Shown piece after piece: positions 1 through 14,000 of a stretch of DNA of 64,000 nt. A program made the position numbers and the translations under genes. The stretch comes from Eledone cirrhosa (lineage: Eukaryota), in NCBI GenBank assembly GCA_964016885.1, contig OZ024742.1:77562001-77626000 (forward strand). The letters are read 5' to 3'. Numbering within the stretch: the first letter of the stretch is position 1; each line of letters begins with the position of its first letter. The notes under the pieces are model-generated. The model made no database searches. It saw nothing but the letters and a program-made list of their open reading frames with translations, and was not told the DNA's origin.

Positions 1-76
1 TAAACAAACAGCACGAATTAAGCCGTACAGTGTTCGGCAACCATCGTTGCCCATTTGTTCAACACCGACAAAGAAA

Positions 77-117
77 CGATGGACGAGTTTCAAGCTTATT
101 AGCTGTCATCAGCACCG
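77..117 (-). ncRNA. Minimal type-I hammerhead ribozyme
   Basis: Minus strand reads CGGTG-CTGATGA-cAGCTaataAGCTt-GAAA-CTCG-TC-CATCG: stem I CGGTG/CATCG, intact core, stem II, very short stem III, GUC cleavage triplet. Confidence 0.8.
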
Positions 118-498
118 TATACCTTCCTGTCAGTCGATTGATCGTTCGAAAGTATATACATTCCTTATGCATATTAACGGCTGAGCAGCCTAATTTTCAT
201 ATCAAGTGATTTAGTCGACCGGGCATACCGAAAACGAAAAACGGAAAAAATGAAATATTATTTCCCACTCTTAGTACGACTGATACTTAAATATAAGTAT
301 GTATACGTACATACATATATGTATACAGACGGACAGTAGTATGTATTTATATGTATGTATATACATACATTTATTATAACGTTCATTATAATAAATGTTC
401 GGTAAACCGATACGTACATATATATATGTGTGTGCATGTAAGTATGTATATACATACTACTGCACGTATGTATACATATAGGTATGTACGTATACATA

Positions 499-1220
<722 letters not shown>

Positions 1221-1230
1221 CATATATATA

Positions 1231-1298
<68 letters not shown>

Positions 1299-1301
<3 letters not shown>

Positions 1302-1467
1302 CGAAGGAAATGTGGTAAGGAACCAGGTGGACCATAACGCACCAAAGTACTCAATACTTGAGGTAGTAGAGTGGGTAATAGGAACCAGTAAGACCCCGAC
1401 AGCTGAGCTCAAGCCGTTTCGACCCGGTCGAAACGGCTTGAGCTCAGCTGTCGGGGTCTTACTGGTT

Positions 1468-1470
<3 letters not shown>
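1299..1470. mobile_element. 170-bp non-autonomous hairpin derivative of the PLE at 55108-61041
   Basis: 1300-1423 matches 58570-58693, then folds back (GCCGTTTCGACCCGGTCGAAACGGC). Both termini are the same as those of the 5.9-kb element. Flanked by (TA)n. Confidence 0.92.
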
Positions 1471-1512
<42 letters not shown>

Positions 1513-1516
<4 letters not shown>

Positions 1517-1617
1517 CTACTAACCAACAACAGGGAATAGCGATGTGGCAGTTTTATAGCATTACCGACGCAACCACCACACCTTCTGTCTCGCTGCAAC
1601 GGTGACTCGAGATTTAA

Positions 1618-1622
<5 letters not shown>
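1513..1622. repeat. Short interspersed repeat between (TA)n runs, with an inverted copy at about 4180-4290
   Basis: Near-identical reverse-complement match; both copies give the same LESPLQRDRRCGG translation. Confidence 0.85.
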
Positions 1623-1658
<36 letters not shown>

Positions 1659-2297
1659 ATAAACATAATAAACATATCAAACAATTACAGTGGATAATTG
1701 GCGAAGAGTGTAAACACACGTAGTTTTGGAGGCAACATTAAAAATTAACAAGGAGCTTGAATATAAGACACCTTGCAATAATGATTAATCTCCTTTGTAT
1801 ATATTCCATCGAATAAATATATTTTACCCTTAATCGGTGAATCATACATACCAAATCTTGGTTCATCAGCAAAGGAAAAGATTTAACTATCTATGATTAC
1901 ACGCCATAAACAAACCTGAGAATAACGACTAAAATCACATGTGGTTTTAAAAAGTACAGATCGCGCGCCGTCAAGCCAGTGGCGTGAATAGGCTATCTCC
2001 AGCTAGAAATAGCAGCCAAGTCCTTTCAACATAAAAAGCTCTACTAACAGACTTAGGAGCCGTAAATACTACTAAAATTAAATTAACGATGCCATGTTTG
2101 AAAAAATCAGAAGCATGCGCCATACCACCTGTGGAATAAACTCAAAGATTCCAAGTAGTAAATTCGATCATTTATTGACATTACATTAAAAGTCGAATGA
2201 TATATATATATATAATAAACACATCAAACAAGTTCTATTATATACACCCTGCCTGTCCATAGAGTTGTTGATTTCGTAACGAGACCAGTATTTCACC

Positions 2298-2393
<96 letters not shown>

Positions 2394-2395
2394 AT

Positions 2396-2898
2396 TTAAC
2401 AGAAAGATGTGGTATCACATATGTTACATTGTAGCAGTTTTATTAATCACCAGTTTAGCAGAGTTATAGAAGTAGTAATGTAATAGTTATAGCGCCACGA
2501 CTAACCAGTTTGGTAGAAAGATATGGTAGTTATATCGACAACGACTTGAGCTTGTTTTACATTATTTATTAACAAAGGTTGAGCTGAGTAGAGCTGAGTA
2601 GAGCAGGCATGCCAAGAGAAATAAAACAAGCATTAAGATTTTCAGAAGGCACGGTCTACTGGCTGAAGTGTTGCCATGCTGTGGTTATGCTGTTGTGTTA
2701 CATATTGGCCAGTGATTACACGGCGAAAGAAAAGAAGGTGTTTACCTTAGGGCTGTCGGGCTGCAAGAGAGAGATTTCTCGAATCAACGCAGGAATAGTT
2801 CTTGCAGCGCGCGTAGAAATACATTCTCCTTTGCTGGCGGTTATTGGCTGGGCTGAGCCAAATAACGCACGAGGAATGTATATGAGCCCGCGGAATGT
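2396..2898 (+). repeat. About 500-bp diverged direct repeat, second copy at about 4466-5017
   Basis: Shared blocks GTAGTAATGTAATAGTTATAGC, GATTACACGGCGAAAGAAAAG and ATGAGCCCGCGGAATGT occur in the same order. Family not recognised. Confidence 0.85.
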
Positions 2899-3966
2899 AG
2901 GTCACCACAATACCCCCTTCCTAGTCGTAAGACGATAAATATTATTGAATCAGCAGGAAATGCTGAAAGAGCACATCAATGAAAAGAATTGAACGAAAGA
3001 ATGCATGCAAGAAGAAAAATGAGGCGCTAAGGGCCGTGTTGAGCCGCTGTGTCAAATGACTAGCTGTTTTGCTATTTATACGTGACCACCAGGGGTCTAA
3101 CAGAAAACGGATAAAGTCGACATGGACGAAGTTGCTGTTCTTGCATTAAATAATTATGGTAAGTGTTGTACCAGTAGCTGTGGATGAAGCTGTGATGGTA
3201 GTTTACCAGTAGGTGTTGTCAATGATGGTTTCAATGATGTTTCCCAGAGCTGTAGAGCTGTTATGGTAAATGTAGCAGAGCTGGCAAGATGATGATGGGT
3301 AGGTGAGAAATTGTCGGGCTCCCAGATGAATTGCCGGAAGTGCTAGGCAGCCAGGAAAAAACAGCTGGCTGCTTTGAAAAGAAAAAAAGCAACTAGAATC
3401 TGTAGGTGGGTAGTAGTTGAAGTGTAAATTCCATAATTCCTGTGAATCCATAGGAGAAATGGTGGAAATGCTGACAGGTCCAGTTCCATTTGTTCTTTTC
3501 CCAGTGAGTCGGGTAAAGTAACAATATGGAGGTTGTTATGCTAATGGACGATGAGTGTGCAACGAGATGCGGAACTGTTTGAGTCGAGCTTCAATTAGCA
3601 TTCTCGTGTTGCGGTGCAGGTGAATTAAGCTGCATGTGTCGATAGCATGTTTTGGTACCTCCACAAGGCGAGAAGGGATCTCGCAGAATATTACAACGCT
3701 TGGAGATCATATACTATAGACAACAACATGTTGGTGTGTGACAAAGAAATATGTGCGCATATGCAGGCATGTAATACAGCAAAGAAAATGTGTGCGTGCA
3801 GTCATATATATACAATGATAGAGAAAATGAATTTTCATATAATACAGTTGAAAAGAAAGAAATGTCCAAACATTGCCTGTAAAAAGAGAAAGAAAGAAAG
3901 AATTGTTTTTTTAACAAAAAGTTCGCTTTTCTTTTCTTTGAAATTTCTATGGGAAGCTAGTAGAAA

Positions 3967-3967
<1 letters not shown>

Positions 3968-3997
<30 letters not shown>

Positions 3998-4011
3998 GCT
4001 GCTGCTGCTGC

Positions 4012-4044
<33 letters not shown>

Positions 4045-4069
4045 CGTCGTCGTCGTCGTCGTCGTCGTC
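3968..4069. repeat. (GTT)n/(GCT)n/(GTC)n microsatellite
   Basis: Direct reading. Confidence 0.97.
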
Positions 4070-5031
4070 AAAGCGAAATCACAGCAAATCTTCAGTAGAA
4101 TCGAAGTCGAAGGTTGAAAACAACTTTAGAGTCACCAATATTATGAACGCCGTGTCTGACGACATAGTGGTGAGAAGACTTGTTTTAAATCTCGAATCAC
4201 CGTTGCAGCGAGACAGAAGGTGTGGTGGTTGCGTCGGTAATGCTATAAAGCTGCCACATCGCTATTCCCTGTTGTTGGTTAGTAGTTAACTATGTGTTGC
4301 TGCTGCTGATCTTGTTGATAGTTATGGTAGACAGGACTTAGGTAGCCATTATGGAATTTCCTCGTGGTCGTGTTGAAATGTTTTTGAAATACTGCTAATT
4401 ATTTTTTTTTGTCTATATACATACAACTCCACCCTCTATTATTTTTTTTTTCGGGGTCACCACTGTTAACAGAATGTATGGTTGATGTATATATATTTCA
4501 AAGAGCATTTCATACTTATATACTCCTCCGTCTTAGCAGTATTATATATATGTAGTAGTCCTATTATAATTACCAGTTTAGCAGATGTTTTAAAAGTAGT
4601 AATGTAATAGTTATAGCACCACGAGTAATCAGTTTTGTAGAAAGATATGGTAGGAATATCGACAACGACTTTAGCTTGTTTTACATTATTTATTAACAAA
4701 GGTTGAGCTGAGTAGGACGGAGTAGAGCAGGCATGCCAAGAAAAATAAAACAAACTCATTAAGATTTTCAGAAGGCACTGTCTACTGGATGAAGTGTTGC
4801 CAGGCAGTGGTTATGTTGTTGTGTTACATATCGGCAAGTGATTACACGGCGAAAGAAAAGCAGTTGTTTACCTTAGCGCTGTCGGGCTGCAAGAGAGAGA
4901 TTTCGACGCGGGAATCTTTCTTGCAGGGCGCGTAGAAATACATTCTCCTCCGCTGGCGATCGTCGGCTGGGCTGAGCCAAATAATGCACGGAGAATGTAT
5001 ATGAGCCCGCGGAATGTCGGGTCACTCTTGA

Positions 5032-5570
5032 GTGCTACTGGTAACATGTAACCCAGTACAACCTGTCGCATGGTCGGGTCGTTGGCGACTAAACCGGCAA
5101 ACCCACCAAGTTTACTTGGTGAGGAGGGTGATTTTCGACACTCTGCAGGACAAAAAATATAACCTGACCTTGGGCGGAAGAACTCATAAGAGACAACGGC
5201 CATCCAAATGTGTGTAAATATGTATATACACATGTACATATGTATGTATATATGCGCCGAGGCATAGAAATAGTCGGGCTGGACACCCGATCACGCGGTT
5301 AAACCACTGGAAGTGAAGGACTCCTAGCCTTTGTCAGGGCATTCTTCTAGGAGAAGGCAACTCAGGAAATTGGGATAACTCCGATATAAAACCTGCGTCT
5401 CAGTAGTTAGCGATGATGTTGATTTTTTCTTATTTTGGGGTTATAGCTACTGTCGCTCAGAGAGTGGCATTGGCTCAGTGCACAGTCTTTCTTCACTTTA
5501 AAAAATATCTTCACGCACAGGCATTGCACGATAGAATTAATTAATAATTATTAATAATGGCATATCGTGC
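5032..5570 (+). repeat. Interspersed repeat, possibly the 5' region of an RTE-type LINE; second copy at about 63474-63860
   Basis: TGCTACTGGTAACATGTA.CCCAGTACAACCTGTC.CATGGTCGGGTCGTTGGCGACTAAAC and downstream blocks are shared with 63474-63860. The family assignment is tentative. Confidence 0.7.
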
Positions 5571-5640
5571 AATGGCCATACTCGATAACGAGGGGGCAGC
5601 CATCATGTATGTATGTATGTATGTATGTATGTATGTATGT

Positions 5641-5835
5641 ATCAAGTTTAATATACAAATGGCTTCTGCAGGACACGAACTGTTTTATTCAAAATAAATC
5701 ATCGGGAAATACCTGATGTCTTCTTTTGAATGAAACAATTCTAGTCGTGTAGAAAACATTTCTATATTAAACTTGATGTTTACACTCTACTAAAGTACCG
5801 ATCAACTTACTAACTGTGGACACCTTTGATTGAAC
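5641..5835. mobile_element. Small fold-back element with a degenerate HHR in each arm
   Basis: 5641-5706 is an inverted repeat of 5711-5777. The arm consensus is CCTGATGA-TTTCttttGAAT-GAAAC...GTC. The right arm has a tail of about 55 nt. Confidence 0.7.
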
Positions 5836-5967
5836 TCTCTCTCTCTCTCTCTTTATATATATATATATATATAGGGAGTGTCATTTGGAGTTACTGTAGG
5901 TTCACCCGGGTGAGCACTCGATGTTTAGGTTCACTTTTGTGTTGAGGTGTAGAGCTATACATTTTAA

Positions 5968-6105
5968 AGGGTCCGTCGAGCTGCCGATTATAGAGTCCGG
6001 TAAGATCTATACAGATCGAACCTTGAGCTGATCAGTGGTGAAACGCGCGTCACCTACCAATAAATGTAATGAAGAAGTAACCAATCGTCCTTATTATCCT
6101 TTCAA
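5968..6105 (+). mobile_element. PLE pLTR fragment with an HHR-like fold; second copy at 22397-22533
   Basis: GGT-CYGTCGA-GCTGCCGATT...GATCRGTGGY-GAAA-CGCGCG-TC-ACC, with palindromic stem III and a degenerate core. Both copies end at (TA)n with TTATCYTTTCAA. Confidence 0.65.
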
Positions 6106-6171
6106 TATATATATATATATATAGATGAGATTCTACAGGACTAGATCGTCTTCATTCTTGAGAAATCATCA

Positions 6172-6212
<41 letters not shown>

Positions 6213-6608
6213 CCGTACCTCTCTACCTTAGCACACATTCAAAGAGTAATGTTGCTGCACATAGATATATTCAACATATAAGAGACTCATGCATAAACTT
6301 TTTCGTACATTCCATTAAACGTACACATATGTGAGAACATATAATTTTAGCAAGGTCCATTTAGCCAAGGGGAATACGGAAATGGTGGCGGACTGGTGTA
6401 ATAAAATTTTAAGAATTATCTCGTTAGTTCTTAATAGCATTTTAATAAATAGACAGTATTTGTGAATATTTCCGAATGTGTCTGGCACGTGTCTCATCTT
6501 TCCGACAAAGTAAAAGTGACAATCTTTGCAAGGATTGATTTATGCCACTTGGAGGAGGGTTTCGCACTCTCTCGCACGTACACTGTCAACACACACGCAC
6601 ACACACAC

Positions 6609-6678
<70 letters not shown>

Positions 6679-6778
6679 ACACACACACATACATACACTC
6701 ACACACATATTTATATAAGTATATATTGATATTTATATATATAAAGGTAAACTCCAGTGTAACAATCTTCATAAAGCA

Positions 6779-6836
<58 letters not shown>

Positions 6837-7192
6837 CTTTATGAAGATTGTTACACTGGAGTTTACCTTTCTTGGGAAATGTTCCTAAAACAGATCATGA
6901 CTCATCAGAGAAAATATGTCGCACATTAACATCAATTCAAGCGTCGTGAGTTATATTTGCTGTATACACTTGAGTGTGGGAATGATAGTGCTGCGTGACA
7001 CAAATGAAGCAAAGAAAATCTGGGAGATAGTAATGAGAAGGGACCAAAGGAAACAGGTAATCGAGGAAATAGACAAATTAATAAATTAACAAGGTAATAA
7101 ATCAAAACATTCGAATAACAACATGAATGGATCAAGCTATTTAGGATAACTTGTATATAGAGCACAATCTTACGGCTATCAATGCTTTAGAT

Positions 7193-7482
7193 CGGTCATG
7201 GGCAACCTGCGGCCCGCGAAGCTTTCAGAATAGCTCGCCTAAGTCACCTGAGTGAAATCTCTCTGATTTGTTTACCCCGACTTTTCAGTCGTAATTTATC
7301 TTCTTATCATTTTTACGACCGAGAAAAACAACGTATACGAATTCTGAAGAGAGAAATCAAAACAACCTGAGTTACTGCCCTTTTTTTAATGTTGGCACGA
7401 ATGTAAAATAGCGCTTGCGGCCCTTCTGATGATGAGCCATATCTCATGCGGCCCGCTTCTCGAAATAGGTTGCCCATTTCTG
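7193..7482. mobile_element. hAT (Charlie-like) MITE, 290 bp
   Basis: Imperfect TIRs CGGTCATGGGCAACCT / AGGTTGCCCATTTCTG, subterminal TGCGGCCC motifs, and an 8-bp TSD CTTTAGAT/CTTTAGAG. Confidence 0.8.
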
Positions 7483-8089
7483 CTTTAGAGATTTAAATAT
7501 ATAAAAGTTAGGGTGCGGGTTTTCTTTCTTTGTAGTCAGCTCTGCGATATTGTAATGCGCAGTGGACGTGTGTAACAAAATAAAAGAGTCAGTTTACCAT
7601 ATAATTATGCTCATCGCAGTTGACGGTGTATTATATAGTGAATATCTAGTTGATATTCATTACCGAGTATGATATATATATTCCAATGAGTAATCCAAGG
7701 GGCAATATAATGTAATGTATACAGGATATCTGGAAAAATTAAGCAAAATTTGTCGAAGAGTCCAAAAATAGTTATATATGCAGGTGATGGAATAAGACGC
7801 GTTTCGGTGCGATTAGGTAAAGGACTGCAAAATTTTGATTGCAATTCGCTAATATCGTACGCACATTATCAGAGTAACCACAGAAAACCCTTTATATATA
7901 TATGCCAAACATCCTATTAAGAACTGTAAACAAATCAAAGTGCAGAATCCCCCGCAAAACATGAAAAATATTATCAGAAAAATAAAAAAGAATTAACAGA
8001 CTAAAATACTGCCAGCAGCAATATTCGCCTGAGGTTGCACAGCTCGAATCGAAAATAATATAATCTCAAAAATTGCATGAAAATTATCA

Positions 8090-9680
8090 TCAATAACCAA
8101 AGAACAGCCGAGGAGGAATGGGCCATTGAGTAAGTCAAACTCAAACCCAAAGCGTTCTTTTCTTTTGCAAAAATACACAAGGTCACAGTTTCCACTCTTT
8201 TCCCTCCGGTTGATGATTCACTAATCCTGATATGTCTGACCTGGGCTGTATCAGAGATGGTTACCGTAATCATACTATATCTGACATAACGTCTGGCGCC
8301 CATGATGTATTAGCGGCAATGAAATAAATCCAATACAATTGACAAGTAGGCCCCGATAGGTTCCCTGCAAGTATCGTGAAGGTTTGTCGATACAAACTTA
8401 CATCTACTCTAGCTAATCTGTGGGAGAATTCACTATACGCTGGCTATATTGTTAAATCCTTTCTGTCTCAGTCTAACGTCCAAGATTTAGAAACGGGAAA
8501 CAAGTCCCTTGCAGTGAATTACCGCCCGATCTCATTCTACTTTCATAACATTCAGAAATTTGAGAGGATGATGATTAACTTAATTGAAAGCAACAGTCAC
8601 TGACTTTCAGCCAACGAGCTTTCGTAATGGCATGGGTTGTCTAACACAGCTCCTTCATCACTGTTGACATTTTGTGAGCTTTGGGAGAGGGCTCCAACAG
8701 TGATACCTTACCTCTTGATTTCAGCAAGGCCTTTGAAGGGGGTTGATCACAATATCATGTTGATAGAAGTATCCAGCATTGGTGTCTCTGGATAGTTACT
8801 ACAAAGGAGCAAGTGTTTCCTGACAAACAGAGCCCAACATGTTGTGGTTTAAGGAGTACAATTAACCTCAGCCAAATCAGTAGTCGTGTCCTCCATGACA
8901 CTGTTCAGCCCACTTCTATTCATTATTTACATCAACACATCAACATAAATATCTTTTCAGATGATTCCAAGCGGCATAAGGTCATCAATGCAATGAGCGA
9001 CCGATTATGCCTTCAATCAGATCCACTTGTTGCTACCCAATGGGCTGAAAAAACAATATGTTACTGAGCAAGGAAGCAGTTGAACTAACCGACTCTGGAA
9101 AAGAAAATGCACTGGTGTATTCATACTATCTTCTCTTAGTTGAAGCAGTTGAGGCATCCAACAACACCAGAACCCTGGGTTTAATTGTTGATAACAACAT
9201 CAGTTTGGATACTCATATAGACGACAAAGATGACATAAACCGAAGGAAGTGTTCCTGGATTCTCAGAACCTTCCGGTCGAGATATATTCACATCATAATC
9301 CATCACTTCTCTACTTGTACCCGGACACCCATGGAATAACGTTGTCCACTGCGGTCTCTTCACACGAAACAACGTATTATGAATATTAAAACATCCCAAA
9401 ACTCAATTACAAAAGGATAGATGTCATGAGAAGTCTTCACTATTGGGATCGACTAGAAACGCAAACATTCTACTCTCTCCAACGCCGCTCTGACCGCTAT
9501 ATTATTTCCATGATATAAAAAATATTCCATCAGCATTACAGAAATGAAGTTGGCATCCTCTTTAAACTATACCTTAGGCTTGGACACCATGCTATCCGCT
9601 CATTACCAACATCAATCTCGCATCTCATAACAACATTGTTTCACAACAACTGGTACTGTTCTTTTTAACATCACGCCAAA
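8090..9680 (+). pseudogene. Degraded CR1-clade LINE ORF2 (RT) remnant
   Basis: Fragmented motifs across frames: GPD.FP, NYRPIS, LTQLL, LDFSKAF, FLTNR.Q.V, FSDDSK, WILRTF.SR. Confidence 0.8.
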
Positions 9681-9693
9681 ACATATAAACAGA

Positions 9694-9761
<68 letters not shown>

Positions 9762-9764
<3 letters not shown>

Positions 9765-9957
9765 ACCATATATATGGACCATAACGCACCAGATTACTCA
9801 ATACTTAGTGCAGTAGAGTGGGTAAACGGAAAAGAGTCAGGTAAAGAGTCTAGACCAGTAGTATTACGACAGCAGGGACCCAATACTACTGGTTTAGTTC
9901 GGATCTAGCGGTCGAGACGAACGGAGCTCGGCCGTCGGGGTCCTGGCTCTTTTCCTA
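9762..9957. mobile_element. Diverged hairpin relative of the 1299-1470 and 55-61 kb PLE termini
   Basis: GGACCATAACGCACCA..TACTCAATACT...GTAGAGTGGGTAA tail, GTCGGGGTC end, IR GGAAAAGAGTCAGG/CCTGGCTCTTTTCC and an internal hairpin; set in (TA)n. Confidence 0.75.
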
Positions 9958-10039
9958 TATATATATATATATATCAGAACATTATGATCTCGAATTTGAA
10001 AGTATAGTTTATTGCATCTAAAAAAATATAGATGAACAA

Positions 10040-10720
10040 AGTAGTCTAACTTGGACCAACAACCGCTATTTTGGCTCCCACTTTGAAGGGTACGCTTTTA
10101 CAATCCAAGAACACGAAATCAACACAAAATACCTGATTCACAAAAGAGATATGGATGCAGGCAAAACACCTAGATGTGACAAGTGCAGACTCTGCAATAT
10201 TAACATCGAAGATGTCACCCATGTCATAAGCAGCTGTGTAAAGATGCCATCCCGGTTCCTATGAGGCATAATATAGTGGCCAAAACACTGTACGATGCAA
10301 TCCGTAGAAAAGATAGCCCCGAAAATAAACACATTAAAAGCTAGACCAATGGGGAAGACATACATATACACCATACTGGTGGAACGTTCCAGTAAAAACC
10401 CCAATAACATGTAGGCATAACAGACCAGATATAATGCTATGGGACATGGAAAAGAAGGCATGCATAGTAGTGGAATTTAACTGCCCAGTAGATACCAATA
10501 TAATATCAAAGATTACCGAAAAGGAGAATATCTATGCAGAACTAATACGAAATCTGCAGATACTCCACCTTGACTCTACCTTCAGATTTATGCATGTGGT
10601 TATTGAGGCACTGGGATATGTTAGTAACTGCCTTAATACAAATCTTGAGAAGCTGGGCTTCAGAGAAATACAAAGAACACGACTAGTTAGGAAATCTCAA
10701 GTATAATCCATTAAAAGTTT
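10040..10720 (+). pseudogene. 3' remnant of an RLE-type (R4/Dong-like) non-LTR retrotransposon
   Basis: CRLC..EDVTHVISSC zinc knuckle followed by RPDIMLWDMEKKACIVVEFNCP (PD-D/ExK restriction-like endonuclease). Confidence 0.8.
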
Positions 10721-11027
10721 CAAAGCATTCTGCATCTAATAACTACATATACTTTTGTACATATACAAAGCATATGCACATGCATACATACAACTGAAAA
10801 CATACACATCGACACATACAATAATATCCAAACCTGCACACTCATGGATGCAAACAGACATGCATACATATCTACGTAGTTAATGTTGTGTAAATTCCAA
10901 TGAAAGAGTATTGTATCTATGTTAGAAACCGGTACTCTCTCTTTTGGCAAAGATTTGTGAAATTATAAAACAAGAAGAACATACATATTCGTGTATTATT
11001 ATTGGGCCTGAGTAAATGTACTCAATA

Positions 11028-14000
11028 CTTACTGGTACTTGTACTTGTGTCGAGATTCACGCTGGACAGGTTGAGCCGGCTTCTTCTCTTGTCCTGACGG
11101 CATCCCGAACCATGGCAGCCCACGCACGTCGGTCCCGGGCTAGGTCACTGGTGATAGCGAGCCAGTCCCGGTTCCATCGGCGCAGGCCGTCCACCTGCGA
11201 ACCTGAAAGTTCGGAGAGGTCCTCCTTGATCGTCGTTGCCCAGGCCTTCAGCTGCCCGCCAACGCGCTTGCGTCAGTTACGGAGTGGAGGTGGGAGGAGA
11301 ATATGGCGGATAAGCTCACCCTCAGGGCGCCGAGCTTCGTGTTCAAACCATCTCAAGCGCCGTTGCAGAAGCACTGAAGGAAGGGCTCGAAGATTCAGAC
11401 GAAGACGAAGACTGGTGGTAGGTACCCGATCAACGCATCGGCAGCGGAGAATGCGGCGGAGACAGTCATTGTCGAAGACCTCCAGCCTCCGTTGATCGAC
11501 TACTCTCATAGGCCATGTTTCACAGCCATAGAGGAGGATAGTGCGAAAGACGGCCTGGTAGATTCGCCTTTTGGTCGCCGAGGTGATCTCTCTTCTGCCC
11601 CACAGACACCGCTGGAGGCTCACAAAAGCGGATCTGGCAGCACCTATGCGACGCTTGACCTCGGCTGCGCCATGTCCCTTTGGAACCACTGTTGAGCCCA
11701 GGTAAATGAAGGACACCACATCCTACCGGTCCACACCCTAGAGAGATATTGGCTTCCAGGCATCAGGCGACACCAGTGACGTCATGACTTTCGACTTGGC
11801 GGCATTTATTCGTAGACCAACAGCGGCGGCTGCAGCGTGCACCCCTTCGAGAGCACCTTGTACATCTGTCCCGTTATCGCCTATCAGCACGATGTCATCC
11901 GCGTAGGCCTGGTCCGTCACAACGTCCACTCTCCCGACGTCTACGTCCGGGTAATCCCGGAGCGCTGTGTTGAGAGTGTAGTCAATGGCGTAGTTAAAGA
12001 GAGTTGGCGATAGCGCACACCCCTGCCGAACACCGGTCCCAACAACGAACGATTTCGTCTCCCCATTCAGAGTCGACCGGTAGTAGCCTTGTATGAGACG
12101 AAGCAGCTTCACTGGGCTGCCGTCCGCCTGCATTATACGCCATAGGGCTTCCCGATCTACCGAGTTGAAGGCAGCTGCAAAGTCGATGAAGCAGAGGACG
12201 GTAGGCTGTTGATGTGCCCACCGTTGTTCCAGGACACGCCGGAGAATGAAGATTTGATCAACGTACCCCCTCCCCGGACAGAAGCCGCCCTGAGAAGGAC
12301 GGGTACGGACATCACGGATGGCCTGGAACCTCTTCAGCAGAAGAATTGCGAAGGTCTTGGCAGCAACGTCAATTAAACTGATACCACTGTGGTTGGAACA
12401 CAGTTTCCTGTTTGAAGAAGGGTAGGAGAGTTGCCCGCTCCAATGTCGAGGGAACCTCTGCGTCGCCCGCACCGTAGAGAAGACTCGATGGAGCCAAGCT
12501 GCGAAGACATCAGGCTTGGCCTTGTAGACCTTAGCTGGAACGCCATCCTCGCTCGGTGACTTGTTGTTCCGGAGATGTGTCAGGACACCCCGTACCTCCT
12601 CGACCGTTGGAAGGGCAGTGCTGCACCCGTATTCTTCTCCGGAAGGCTGCACCAGGTTGGCGTGGCAGGTGGCGGGTGGTTGAGCAGTTGGGAGATATGG
12701 TCCCGCCTTCGGACTAGCCGGTCATTTAAGATTGGTAATGACCAACCCGTTCCGATCACGGATCGTCTCGCTGGTACCCGTACTTCTTCGGCTGGCCCGC
12801 TTCACCACTTGGTAGATCTTGCGTGAGTCACCAAAGGCTGCTGCCTTCTCCGTCTGCTCCGCAAATTCGCGCCAGTGTGCATTCCGATCAGCCCGCATAG
12901 CCCGAGATGTGCGAAGTCGGAGATCTGGAAGATTTGGTAAACCTTCGAGTCGGGCCACTCTCGCCCTCTCTGCGAGTTCAAGAGTACGGCCGGAGATCCA
13001 GTCCTGATGACGTCTTTGGGTCGACCCGAGATATTCCCTGGCCACCTCAACCGTGGCCGCCCTGGGCGCGTTCCACTCCTGCTCCGGTTGCTGTTCCACT
13101 TCGTTACTCAGCATTTGGAATCGGTCTCGCAGCTCTAGCCGGAAAGCATTTCCAGCATCGAGTTTAAGTCGCGAGATATCGATACTTTTCTGGCGGTGGG
13201 AGGAGGTTTCGCCCGCAGCCGCAGACGAAGGGTTGCTCGAACAAGAGTATGGTCTGACCCATGCTCACTGCCCGTATCAGCCCCCCGATACGCACGCGAG
13301 TCCATCACTGAGCTGGCCCACCGAGATCTGACCAGGGTGTAGTCAATCTGATTGGCCGTTCTTCCGTCATTGGATCGCCACGTGACGAGGTGACGCCGAG
13401 GATATTGGAACCGGGTGTTGGTGACGATAAGACGATTGGCATCTGCAAAGGACACGAACCGTTCACCATTGTCACAGCGTATGCCTAGGGCGAAGCGTCC
13501 TAGAATATGCTGTGTTGTATCATCAGCCTGCCCCGTCCGCGCATTCCAGTCCCCAGCGACAATGAGAACATCACTGGAGGGGATGCCATCCTCGGTTGTT
13601 TAGAGATCGGCATAGAATTGCGTCTAGTCCGCCTCGTCCGCATTGAGTGTGGCAGCGTAGACGGCAATTATGCTGACGTTGGAGATTTGACCCTTCAATC
13701 GAACCAGCGCGAGTCGGTGTGAGATCGGCTGCCACGCCAGCAGAGCCGCTTGCACTTCGGGGCTGAGCGTGAAGGCCACTGTTGTCAGTCACGCCACTAT
13801 TGTTCAAGTGGTAGGAGTTGTCCTCGCCAGGAACTTTGATCGGAAGATGGCCAACATCGGGAAGTTGAACTTCTGAAAGGCAAGCGACACTAACGCAGTA
13901 CCTGTGCAGAGCCTTCATTGTAAGTGCCTGGACACCGTCGTCATGAAATGTTCGGACGTTCCAGCACGCCACCCTCAATTCCTTCCTTTGTCTGAAGAGC

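Noticed and set aside
1805-1876. Minus-strand CTGATGA near a TA run
   Set aside because: No GAAA or pairing stem I at a suitable position. Isolated CTGANGA hits at about 7426, 41314, 41842, 43121 and 50357 were rejected for the same reason.
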